Shown here: in pieces, positions 1-8,335 of the stretch
How the letters are laid out: every line of letters starts with the position of its first letter
Numbering within the stretch: the stretch's first letter is position 1
Assembly: GCA_029258915.1 (NCBI GenBank)
Contig: JAPDJU010000012.1
Coordinates: forward strand, 53,149 to 117,148
Length of the DNA stretch: 64,000 bases
Origin: Thermoproteota archaeon
Lineage (GTDB): Archaea > Thermoproteota > Thermoprotei_A > EX4484-217-1
Reading direction: 5' to 3'
Translations under genes and position numbers: made by a program
The notes under the pieces: model-generated
What the model saw: only the letters and a program-made list of their open reading frames with translations
The model's database searches: none
Told to the model about the DNA's origin: nothing

Positions 1-627
1 AAGAAAGCTATTGAAGCAGGTGCTGACGGGATCTCTGCTATAAACTCTTTTGGCCCAGTACTCGCTCTAGACCTAAGCACACCATTGCCAGACTATATGC
101 TTAAAGGACTACCTGTTATGGGTGGACCTGACGGTACAGGATGGCTTTCAGGATCAGCTCTAAAATACTTGGCCTTAAAAATAGTTTTTGACCTGTATAA
201 GGCTATGCCCAATGTTCCAATGTTAGGTGTTGGAGGTATTTCTACCGGGCGTGACGCTATGGAAATGATTATGGTAGGAGCTAATGCTGTTCAAGTATGT
301 ACAGCAGCGATACTTTACGGGCTAAACATATTTAGCAAAATAGTTAAACAGCTAAAGGCCCTTATGGAGAAAATGGGTTTCGATAGCATTAAAGAACTTA
401 GAGGATATACTCACAAAATATGGAAGAAAAGATATATTAGATATATTTCAACGCCTCCAAAATATTATCCTGAAAAATGTACTGGATGTAAGTTATGTGA
501 AATAAGCTGTCCATATGATGCAATAGTTGTTGTTAACGGTAAAGCAGTACTTTACAAGGACAAATGTTTTGGATGTGGAGTTTGTGTCACAAGATGTAGA
601 TTTGGAGCTCTAGAAATAGAATGGTAA
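1..627 (+). CDS. Dihydroorotate/dihydropyrimidine dehydrogenase-like flavoprotein with C-terminal 2x[4Fe-4S] domain (PreA-like), 5' truncated by the window
   Basis: Frame 1 is open from base 1 (KKAIEAGADGISAINSFGP). FMN barrel motifs G-x-SG, GVGGI and GANAVQVCTA. C-terminal CxxCxxCxxxCP and CxxCxxCxxxC ferredoxin motifs. Confidence 0.85.
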   Translation, partial: KKAIEAGADGISAINSFGPVLALDLSTPLPDYMLKGLPVMGGPDGTGWLSGSALKYLALKIVFDLYKAMPNVPMLGVGGISTGRDAMEMIMVGANAVQVCTAAILYGLNIFSKIVKQLKALMEKMGFDSIKELRGYTHKIWKKRYIRYISTPPKYYPEKCTGCKLCEISCPYDAIVVVNGKAVLYKDKCFGCGVCVTRCRFGALEIEW

Positions 628-710
628 AATAAATTATTTTTCTTTTAACCATAGTTCTTTTAAAAACCTTATTTATATTAAATAATATTTTAAAGTTCTA
701 GGTTTAGCCA

Positions 711-764
711 ATGAATAAACTATTATTGCCTGAAGGAACTAAAGTCTTACTCTTAGGTAATGAG
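711..764 (+). pseudogene. 5' remnant (18 codons) of an indolepyruvate:ferredoxin oxidoreductase alpha-subunit-like gene, cut by the IS
   Basis: ATG at 711 reads MNKLLLPEGTKVLLLGNE, matching the IorA-type N-terminus (...LLLGNEAIARG). It stops abruptly at the GC-rich IS end. Confidence 0.6.
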
Positions 765-912
765 GGTTCCTACCTACGTAGGCATTTATAGACCTACGTA
801 GATGTTCATCGCCCCTTGTCTTCCCTGTGCCCTCCTACGGAGGTCTACCTCCCTCGGCGAACATGGGTGCATCGAGCCTCATAGACCTCGCTGCTTCATC
901 AGTCTCAATACC
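765..912 (-). ncRNA. Candidate structured omega-RNA/end-derived RNA scaffold transcribed away from tnpB
   Basis: GC-rich non-coding tract with hairpins (CCTCC-TAC-GGAGG 831-843; palindrome CCTACGTAGG 773-782). The minus strand carries TGATGA/CGATGA box-C-like words. Minus-strand TATA (TTATATAG 943-936) lies about 25 nt upstream. Confidence 0.45.
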
Positions 913-935
913 TGAATGTTCAAATAAGCGTTGTT

Positions 936-945
936 CTATATAAGT
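936..945. promoter_or_regulatory. Probable bidirectional TATA box
   Basis: CTATATAAG lies about 20-27 nt upstream of ATG 964 on the plus strand and about 25 nt upstream of the GC-rich tract on the minus strand. Confidence 0.45.
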
Positions 946-963
946 ATTTTGGTGTTTAGAAGT

Positions 964-1116
964 ATGGGTATAATCCACGTTAAGATAGACGATAGGTTAG
1001 AGCTGGAGTTTAGAAAGAGAGTTCTAGAAGTCAAGGGGGTTAAGAAGAGGGCATTAACGGAGGCGGTCGAGGAGGCGATAAGGCTGTGGCTAGAAAAACA
1101 CAGAGGGAATACGTAG
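964..1116 (+). CDS. Small ribbon-helix-helix DNA-binding protein inside the IS
   Basis: MGIIHVKIDDRLELEFRK...ALTEAVEEAIRLWL: alternating beta strand followed by two helices. ATG 964 is preferred over TTG 931. Confidence 0.7.
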   Translation: MGIIHVKIDDRLELEFRKRVLEVKGVKKRALTEAVEEAIRLWLEKHRGNT

Positions 1117-2113
1117 CCGTAAATGGAAAGTTGCTGATTACGGACAAGGTAGCTGAAGGGAAGTTGCTACATGCTATGAGGCTGTTCAGAGATGCCGTTA
1201 AAATGGCTCACCACCTGATTAAGGTGAGGCTGGATTGGAATAATGCTGAGAGGAGGTTAACTTCATACATTTCTAATGCACATTATGCCCATTCGGCGTA
1301 GCAAAAGGCTAAACTATGGGGGAAGCGACCTTACCTGAGATTGAGGAAGAAGATTCTTTTCAGCGTCGGCAAAACGGCTGAAAAAGGAAATAGAAACATC
1401 AGGCTAATCCCGTCAGATAAGTGCTTCATTATTAGGATAAAGATCCCACATGCCGATGGAAAGCATGAATGGATTTATGCCAAAGCCATATTCGGTGAGA
1501 GGTACCTACCGCTACTAAAAGAATTATCTGGTGAGAATATCAGTTATGGAGACGAGATAGGGGAAGATTACAGAATCCACGTATATGTACCAGTTGAGTT
1601 GTACTGTAAGCATTTGGGCAAGAAGATAGAGAGGAGAGGTAGGTCTTCCCACATCGCTGGATTTGACTTGAACAGCGACAGGATAAATATGGTCATAATC
1701 AACGATAGTGGAGAGTTGCTGGACGTTAAGGTAAAACACTTCCCAGAGGTTACTCAACATGGCTTCCCCAAGGAGAAAGCTAGAGATATTAGGCTTAAAG
1801 CCCTGTCGGAGCTAATAGATTATGCATGCTATCATAATGTTGAGTATTTTGTATTTGAGAGATTAGGGAAGAGAAAGAAAAAGAAGACTAGTAACAGAAA
1901 TGTTAATAGAAAGCTAAGTAAGTTTCCTAAGAAGCAATTGCTTACTCATGCTAAGGTAATGGTAATGAAAAGGGTAAGAAGTTTTGCGAGGTAAACCCAG
2001 CGTACTCATCTCAAGATGCTGAATTAATAGCTAAAAAACTAAGACTCGATACTCATACAACATCAGCATACATACTAGCATATAGATACCTAAAGTCTAC
2101 AAACCCCTATTAA
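1086..2113 (+). pseudogene. tnpB: TnpB-like RuvC nuclease, disrupted by an in-frame TAG (1299-1301) and a frameshift near 1970-1990
   Basis: ORFs 1086-1301 and 1341-1994 are in the same frame. RuvC-I is GFDLNSDRINMVII and RuvC-II is VFERL. The shifted frame gives EVNPAYSS...LDTHTTSAYILA (RuvC-III), ending TAA 2111-2113. Confidence 0.85.
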
Positions 2114-2154
2114 TACCTATAAAAAATGAACAGTTACGCTAGGCCATACCAGCG

Positions 2155-2859
2155 GGGTTTAAAAATGGCAGAGATTTGAGGCTTAGACTACGATTATTGG
2201 TGCTAAGTTTTGGTCTGAGCATTCGAGGAAAAGAATAGAGAACACTCTTGGCATTGAAGCTTATAATAACTGCGGATTAGCTGAAGCTTGTGGACCTGAG
2301 ATTGCGGTTGAAACACCTGAACATAAGGGATTAATGCATGTTTGGCAGATCGCTTCTACATAGAAGTTATTGATCCTAAAACAGGTGAAAATGTTGATGA
2401 GAGAGGGAGGAGAACTAGTAATAACAACATTGCAGAGAGAAGCCATGCCCCTAATAAGATGTAGGACAGGCGATATAGTTAAACTGATAGTCTATGTTTG
2501 CGGCTTAAGACCGGGTCATCCTTTAATCTCCTGAATTAAGGGCAGAGTAGATGATATGGTTAAAGTTAAAGGTGTAGGATTATACCCTGAAAGCGTGGAA
2601 AGAATAGTTATGAAATATCATGAACTGTGACCTGACTATCTAATAATGTTAACAGGTTACGACAGAGTAAAAGTGCTTGCAGAGGCAAAGAAGAATATAA
2701 CGCAAAAGAGAATAAGTGGCATAGTGGAGGAAATTAGGAGAAAGTTAAAAAGAAGAAATATTCATTAGAATAAGTGTTAAAGTAGTTAAACAAGGTAAAA
2801 TAGACGAAATTAGAGGAGCAGGTAAGGTAAAAAGGATTCTAGACTTAAGGAAGTTATAA
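2155..2859 (+). pseudogene. paaK: Phenylacetate-CoA ligase, 3' half, with frameshifts and stops
   Basis: Pieced translation: IIGAKFWSEHSRKRIE..AYNNCGLAEACGP..YIEVIDPKTGE..GELVITTLQREAMPLIRCRTGD..KGRVDDMVKVKGV..GKVKRILDLRKL*. These are hallmark PaaK motifs. Confidence 0.85.
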
Positions 2860-2865
2860 TGCAAG

Positions 2866-3297
2866 GTGTTTTTCATGGCGAGAAGAAAATACGGATTATT
2901 AACTGAAGAACAATATGAAGTACTTAAACTTAGAATTCAAGGGCTTACACAAAAGAAAATAGCTGAAATACTTAAAACATCAAGGGAAAATGTTGCCGTA
3001 GTTGAGAGAAGAGCTAAAAGAAACATAAGGCTAGCTGAAGAAACACTAAAAGCGTACAAAGAACTCTTGGCTATAACTAAAGTTGAAATTAAGGAAGGAA
3101 CACACTTAGTTGACGTACCAAGGATAGTTATCAACGCAGCAGATAAGGTAGGTGTGAAATTAAGAGCTAACTTTACCCGAATATATGATGAAATAAGGTT
3201 TAAAGCAGGAGAATGTGTAAAAGGCACCCATGTGGTTAAACCTATAGTAATTCTCATATATAGAAACGGGGATGTTGAAGTTTTAAAATGCTATTAG
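2866..3297 (+). CDS. tfx: Tfx family DNA-binding protein
   Basis: LTEEQYEVLKLRIQGLTQKKIAEILKTSRENVAVVERRA HTH, followed by the typical Tfx C-terminal domain. Confidence 0.85.
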   Translation: MFFMARRKYGLLTEEQYEVLKLRIQGLTQKKIAEILKTSRENVAVVERRAKRNIRLAEETLKAYKELLAITKVEIKEGTHLVDVPRIVINAADKVGVKLRANFTRIYDEIRFKAGECVKGTHVVKPIVILIYRNGDVEVLKCY

Positions 3298-4016
3298 ATT
3301 TCTTCAGAGACACACCATCTTTTAAGCTTCAAAATCTTAGCTGCACCAGCGCATGTAACACCATAAAGTATGGTTTTTTCCTTGAACGGCATGATTTCAT
3401 GTAAGGTATCATTAACTATCATACTACCTGTCGCTAACACTATGTCTGCCCATGAAGAAACTTCGACATTTCTTAAATAGCTTTCCACCAAGATCCCGAA
3501 TTTTATTTTTCCAATATTCTTTTCACACATATCCGTAACTCTAACCTTAAAGTACTTAGACAGTGTTTTTACAAGAGCCGGTTGATACCCTATGATACCT
3601 ACTTTAGGTTTACCGTAAATCTGTCTAATATATTCTGCGAGTTTTTCAGCACATATCCATGGACCGCTGTTTCTACAGTGTCTCGTATTTTTAATTAAAC
3701 CTAAATACTTCATTACCGCGTTTAGTGAGGCTATAAATAATGCTCTTTCCTTATTTGATGTTAAACTTAGATTAATAATATCCCTTAGCCTACCATAGAA
3801 GTTCGAAGGTTCATCAGTAAAGGCTTGTCCTACATCATCTCTAAACACTGCTTCAACAAGGACTTCCTCTCCTCTAACGAGAGCAAACTCTTTATCTAAA
3901 AGTTTTCCTATAGCCTCTTCCTTACTTAAAGGCCTGATCTTAATTGCTATGTTTTCTTCTTCTAAACCATGCTTTCTAATTATTTCACCAAACGTTCTAC
4001 GTAAAACATTGAACAT
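3294..4016 (-). CDS. DUF364/Rossmann-like domain protein (putative metal/pterin binding)
   Basis: GQAFTD, ERALFIASLNAV, KVGIIGYQP, ADIVLATGSMIVNDT and YGVTCAG motifs. Confidence 0.75.
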   Translation of the reverse strand: MFNVLRRTFGEIIRKHGLEEENIAIKIRPLSKEEAIGKLLDKEFALVRGEEVLVEAVFRDDVGQAFTDEPSNFYGRLRDIINLSLTSNKERALFIASLNAVMKYLGLIKNTRHCRNSGPWICAEKLAEYIRQIYGKPKVGIIGYQPALVKTLSKYFKVRVTDMCEKNIGKIKFGILVESYLRNVEVSSWADIVLATGSMIVNDTLHEIMPFKEKTILYGVTCAGAAKILKLKRWCVSEEI

Positions 4017-4042
4017 TACATTAGTACCTCTTCAAGGAAAAA

Positions 4043-4297
4043 CTACCTAGCACCTGTCTCTTTAACTATCCTGTCAACTATTTTCTCTAAACTTAAGGCT
4101 TCCTTTACAGTATTGAATTTAATGAGAAAAATTTTGTCTCCATATAAAACTCTAAATACATCATATGCTTTACCAGACCCTTTTGGAGAATTAAACCTGT
4201 ATATGTCCAGTAATTTTATTTCATGTTTCTTAAGCTCTGTTCTTATTTTTTCCACTAATTTAACCATAACTACAACACCTTCGACATCTGATGCCAT
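4043..4297 (-). CDS. Hypothetical protein
   Basis: 84-aa ORF co-oriented with the DUF364 gene, with typical composition. Confidence 0.55.
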   Translation of the reverse strand: MASDVEGVVVMVKLVEKIRTELKKHEIKLLDIYRFNSPKGSGKAYDVFRVLYGDKIFLIKFNTVKEALSLEKIVDRIVKETGAR

Positions 4298-4392
4298 TAT
4301 ACTGTAAACTGATTTTTAAACATATTTTAAAGTAGCTTCCTTAAGTTTAATGCATAGCATATTTAACCAACTTAAATATAGGTTATAGTTAG

Positions 4393-5391
4393 ATGATAGC
4401 TATGAAGGAAATTTATAGGAAATGGTATGAGCAAGTAATTAAGGAGTTAGAAGTAATGAATGGTATAAGATGGAGAAAGCTGGGAAAAACGCCGAGAGCC
4501 ATATTAATCTCAGGCATGGGTGGCTCGGGTATTGTTGGAGACTACGTTCAAACATTAGCCAGTAAGAGGGTTGAAGTACCTATTTTCGTAGTTAAAGATT
4601 ATAAAATACCGATGTGGGTTAGCAGTGATGATCTTACCATAGTAATTAGCTACTCTGGAAATACAAGAGAAACCATAAGATGTTACCGAGAAGCATTAAA
4701 GGCTAGAGCACAAGTAGTTGTTATAACTTCTAATGGTCTTCTTAAAGAATACGCCAAGAAGGATAATATACCGTTAATACCAGTAATTCAGGGTCTTGTA
4801 CCTAGAGCTTCACTACCTTCAATGCTTATTGCATGCTTATATGTTTTAGAGAAATTCGGCCTACCCGTAGTAAGTAGGGATGAAATTCATGAATCCATAC
4901 ATGTTTTAAAGGAAATTCACGAAAATGAATTACTAAGTATAGCTGATAAAATCATTGGTAAAATCCCTGTAATTATAACGGTGACCGACTATTCTCCACT
5001 TGCCTGGAGGTTTAAAAATGAGCTTAATGAGAATTCAAAAATGCCGGCTAAAGTTGAAATTATACCGGAATGGGCACATAACGATATTGTAGGATGGGAA
5101 GCACCATATAATATAGAAAAATATATTGTACTAATGCTGAAACCTAGGATACCTACTGACGAATTATCTTTGCAAATGCTGAACTATGCTAAAAAATACT
5201 TTGAAAAACAAGGTTTAAACGTTATTGGAATAGAGATTGCTGGCAAATCGCTACTAGCCCAACTACTATATGGTAGTTTAATTGCGGGACTAATTTCAGT
5301 AATTGTCGCTGAAAAAAGAGGTATAAGTCCTATAACAACGGAAAGCATTAACGAATATAAGAACTACATTGTAAAATATTTTACCATATGA
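4393..5391 (+). CDS. Bifunctional phosphoglucose/phosphomannose isomerase
   Basis: SIS motifs GMGGSG and SYSGNTRET, PRAS, and C-terminal NENSK and PEWAHN. Confidence 0.92.
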   Translation: MIAMKEIYRKWYEQVIKELEVMNGIRWRKLGKTPRAILISGMGGSGIVGDYVQTLASKRVEVPIFVVKDYKIPMWVSSDDLTIVISYSGNTRETIRCYREALKARAQVVVITSNGLLKEYAKKDNIPLIPVIQGLVPRASLPSMLIACLYVLEKFGLPVVSRDEIHESIHVLKEIHENELLSIADKIIGKIPVIITVTDYSPLAWRFKNELNENSKMPAKVEIIPEWAHNDIVGWEAPYNIEKYIVLMLKPRIPTDELSLQMLNYAKKYFEKQGLNVIGIEIAGKSLLAQLLYGSLIAGLISVIVAEKRGISPITTESINEYKNYIVKYFTI

Positions 5392-5423
5392 TTTTTTATT
5401 GTTAATTAAGTTAAAAAATTGTT

Positions 5424-6305
5424 TTACTTGATATATTTCCTTAATTCCTCAACAACTCTCATGAATTTCTTTACTCTGCTAACGTCTACAGGGTTTTGGG
5501 TTATACCATTTACTTTAAAATAAGTTCCTACAATAGCTCCGTCAGCATGTTTTAAAAACATCTTAACATTGCTTAAGTTTACACCACTACCTAAGATTAC
5601 TGGCCTTTCCGGAACCGCTTTTTTAACTTCAACAACGTCTTCTACTTTAGGTGGCACGCCTGTCATAGTACCTGATACTATAAGTGCGTCTGCCATATAG
5701 AAATCACACCATATTGCATGAGTTCTTAAGTTTATTCCTGGAAACATTACTGCATGTTTCTTACATACATCAGTAAAAATTCTAATATCCTCAGCATAAA
5801 GCATTTTCCTTACTCTTAAAAGTTCAGCTGCACATCCGTGATCAAATTCTCCAGTATCCCAAACTAAAGCCCCCGTCAAAAGACATACTCTTATGAACCT
5901 AGCTCCAGCAGCTTTAGCAATGGCTAAAGTAACTCTACCACCATTGTGAATAACATTAATACCTACAGGTACATTTGAAAACTTAACTACCTCTCTAGCA
6001 GCTACGGCTTGAACAGCAATTTCCTCTGGAGGAACATCTTTACCTACATAGTACGGTAAATCCCACATATTCTCGACAATAAGACCGTCAACACCACCCT
6101 CAATAAGTGCTGAAGCCTCCTTTAAAGCAAAATCAATAACGTTGTCTATTGGCTCACCTTCATATGCTGGTGCCCCTGGAAGAGGAAGTAAATGAACCAT
6201 ACCTATTATGGGCTTACTAACACCGAAAAGTTCTTCTAAAGAACTTAATCTCTTGCTATAGAATCTATTAGCCCATTTAACCTTAAACTTAGACATGCTG
6301 TTCAC
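5424..6305 (-). CDS. BtpA/SgcQ family TIM-barrel protein
   Basis: IGMVHLLPLPGAP, GVDGLIVEN, DVCKKHA and DGAIVGT motifs. Confidence 0.9.
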   Translation of the reverse strand: MNSMSKFKVKWANRFYSKRLSSLEELFGVSKPIIGMVHLLPLPGAPAYEGEPIDNVIDFALKEASALIEGGVDGLIVENMWDLPYYVGKDVPPEEIAVQAVAAREVVKFSNVPVGINVIHNGGRVTLAIAKAAGARFIRVCLLTGALVWDTGEFDHGCAAELLRVRKMLYAEDIRIFTDVCKKHAVMFPGINLRTHAIWCDFYMADALIVSGTMTGVPPKVEDVVEVKKAVPERPVILGSGVNLSNVKMFLKHADGAIVGTYFKVNGITQNPVDVSRVKKFMRVVEELRKYIK

Positions 6306-6479
6306 CTATGAATACTAAGAAGACATGGGGAATATAAATATCGAACAATAAAGCAATTACATAAGGTTAAAATCAACCTAGAATTATGGCTCAATATGAG
6401 CCAGCAGCTTATAAATAAAATATGCCATACACGCTGTTATTGGCACCTACACCATACAATATGGTGCTCATGCATATAA

Positions 6480-6508
6480 AGGTATAACTCTATATACTAG
6501 TTATACCT
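6480..6508. promoter_or_regulatory. Perfect 10-bp inverted repeat upstream of the RHH/protease pair (candidate operator)
   Basis: AGGTATAACT-N9-AGTTATACCT, next to a TATA-like CATATAAA and 23 nt before the start at 6532. Confidence 0.6.
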
Positions 6509-6531
6509 AGTATACTATATGGTGCATACAC

Positions 6532-6927
6532 TTGAGGAATGTTATTGTTGTTAAAAATGTTGATAAGAATTTATATAGGAGATTGAAAAGTACTGCCTCT
6601 CTTAAAGGCTATACTATTGGTGAAGCGTTAAATGAAGCCATTAAACTATGGTTAATGTTAAATGAGGCGATAAGTAGAGATTATTTAGACTATTTAACGT
6701 GTAGAGAAAGAAGCGAAGAAAAGCTTAAAGAGATCAATGAAAAATATTGTAAGAAATGTAAAGGAAAGTACGTAGTTGTTTGCGATGGTATTTTCATTGG
6801 AATATTTGATAATGAGAAAGAAGCGTTAAATAGTGCATGCAAATCTAAGGCAAGAGAATGTATCGTAGCTAAGTTGGGCGAACCCATTAAAGAAGAGAAA
6901 GTGGAATTTGGCATGGGTGTTCTCTAA
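6532..6927 (+). CDS. RHH-like N-terminus fused to a DUF5678-like domain
   Basis: VIVVKNVDKNLYRRLK..A..KGYTIGEALNEAIKLWL (RHH-like), then KGKYVVVCDG..GIFDNEKEAL (DUF5678-like). Confidence 0.6.
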   Translation: MRNVIVVKNVDKNLYRRLKSTASLKGYTIGEALNEAIKLWLMLNEAISRDYLDYLTCRERSEEKLKEINEKYCKKCKGKYVVVCDGIFIGIFDNEKEALNSACKSKARECIVAKLGEPIKEEKVEFGMGVL

Positions 6928-7308
6928 TTGAAGTTCAAGTACAATGAAAATGTTAAGCCTCCAATACCTAAGATGAAGGTTAAAATATGGACTCCGAAAA
7001 TAAAGGACTACGAATTAGAATTAGTGGTAGATACAGGTTTTAGTGGTGGCATACTTATACCTTATCGCCTATATGATGAATTAAAGTTAGCCTTAGTTGA
7101 AGTGCCAAGTAGGTACTTTGGAATCTTACCTGTAGGAATACCTATAATGCTACATACGGCTCTAACGGAGGCAAGCATAGAAAAGCTTAAATTCAAAGTA
7201 CACGTTCATTCACATCCATTAATAAATAAGAAGCTAGCTGGAAGAGAATTACTAAACCAATTGAAAATACTACTTAACGGGCCGAAAAGAGAGCTAGAAA
7301 TTCTATAA
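6928..7308 (+). CDS. Clan AA (retropepsin-like) aspartic protease, AF_0612-like
   Basis: LVVDTGFSG catalytic motif and C-terminal LAGRELL. The gene abuts the upstream gene. Confidence 0.85.
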   Translation: MKFKYNENVKPPIPKMKVKIWTPKIKDYELELVVDTGFSGGILIPYRLYDELKLALVEVPSRYFGILPVGIPIMLHTALTEASIEKLKFKVHVHSHPLINKKLAGRELLNQLKILLNGPKRELEIL

Positions 7309-8250
7309 GGTTTCAGCTAAACTCTCGTAACCATATGCTCTTAAGAACTTCTTTAATTCATAAAGTCTAGGCAGATATCTTGCACCATGTCCTTGACACT
7401 TCCATGCTGCTAAAGCACTAGCAAGAATTAAAGCTTCTCTAAAGGATAAACGCTTAAGAAACCCTGCGATAAACCCTGCGTCAAAAGCGTCCCCTGCACC
7501 TGTTGTATCAATAACCTTTACATTGAATGTCGGTACTTTTACTTTGAACCTCGAAGTTATCGCTTCAGCTCCTTTCTTGCCCATTTTAACAACTATGATT
7601 TCTGAATATTTTTCTAGAAAAGTCTCGATATCGCTTTTACTATCCCTAAATAGTATCTTGAACTCTTTAAGGTTTAGAAACGTACAAGAGATTTTCCCGA
7701 TAATTTTTGAAAGCTTTGAAGCACCGTAATTGGCGAGGGGTTCGCAAATATCAATAAATATCTTAACGTTACTTCTCCTAGCTAAGCTAATAACCTCGAG
7801 TGCGGCACTTCTTTGTGGTTCTTCTAGAAGTGCATAACCTGAAATGAAAACTATCTTCGAGGAAATAACGTAGTCCTTCTTAACGTCTTTAGGGCTTAAG
7901 AGTTTATTTGCTCCTCTAAAACCCATTATTGTTCTCTCACCATCTCCTGTAACAGCAATAGACATTATGCCTGAAAACTCGTCTTTCCAGATGATGCTAG
8001 ATAAGTCAATATTTTCCTTAATAAGCTCATCATATAGGAACTTACCTACAATGTCCTTACCTAAAGTGCCAACAAAACCTACTTTAAATCCTAACCTAGC
8101 TAAAGCAGTAGCAACATTTGCTGCTGCTCCACCTGAAGAAATAACCATTTTTGAAGCAGTAGACTCACTACCTAAACTTGGAAGAGTATCTACGTAGTAT
8201 AGTATGTCTAAGTTTATGTCGCCTAAACATATTACGTCAAATTTTTTCAA
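7303..8250 (-). CDS. PfkB/ribokinase family carbohydrate or nucleoside kinase
   Basis: GGAAANVA, VKMGKKGA and DTTGAGDAF signatures. Confidence 0.93.
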   Translation of the reverse strand: MKKFDVICLGDINLDILYYVDTLPSLGSESTASKMVISSGGAAANVATALARLGFKVGFVGTLGKDIVGKFLYDELIKENIDLSSIIWKDEFSGIMSIAVTGDGERTIMGFRGANKLLSPKDVKKDYVISSKIVFISGYALLEEPQRSAALEVISLARRSNVKIFIDICEPLANYGASKLSKIIGKISCTFLNLKEFKILFRDSKSDIETFLEKYSEIIVVKMGKKGAEAITSRFKVKVPTFNVKVIDTTGAGDAFDAGFIAGFLKRLSFREALILASALAAWKCQGHGARYLPRLYELKKFLRAYGYESLAETL

Positions 8251-8335
8251 AACAATATACCCTATTAGAATATATTCACCTTAATATTCAAAAAATTCTT
8301 TTTCCTCTAAACATATGGTAAAGTGAGGTTAAAAC

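Larger units (their letters stand above)
765..2157 (+). mobile_element. Non-autonomous IS607/IS200-IS605-type element carrying an RHH gene and a degenerate tnpB
   Basis: GC content rises abruptly at 765. The element contains a TnpB-like ORF, both junctions fall in G runs (GAG|GGTTCC and CAGCGGGG), and there are CCTA(C/T)-type short repeats near both ends. No transposase ORF is present. Confidence 0.75.

Noticed and set aside
1299-1301. In-frame TAG in tnpB as possible pyrrolysine or read-through recoding
   Set aside because: The same gene has a frameshift, the neighbours are also decayed, and TAG is used as a normal stop elsewhere in the window.
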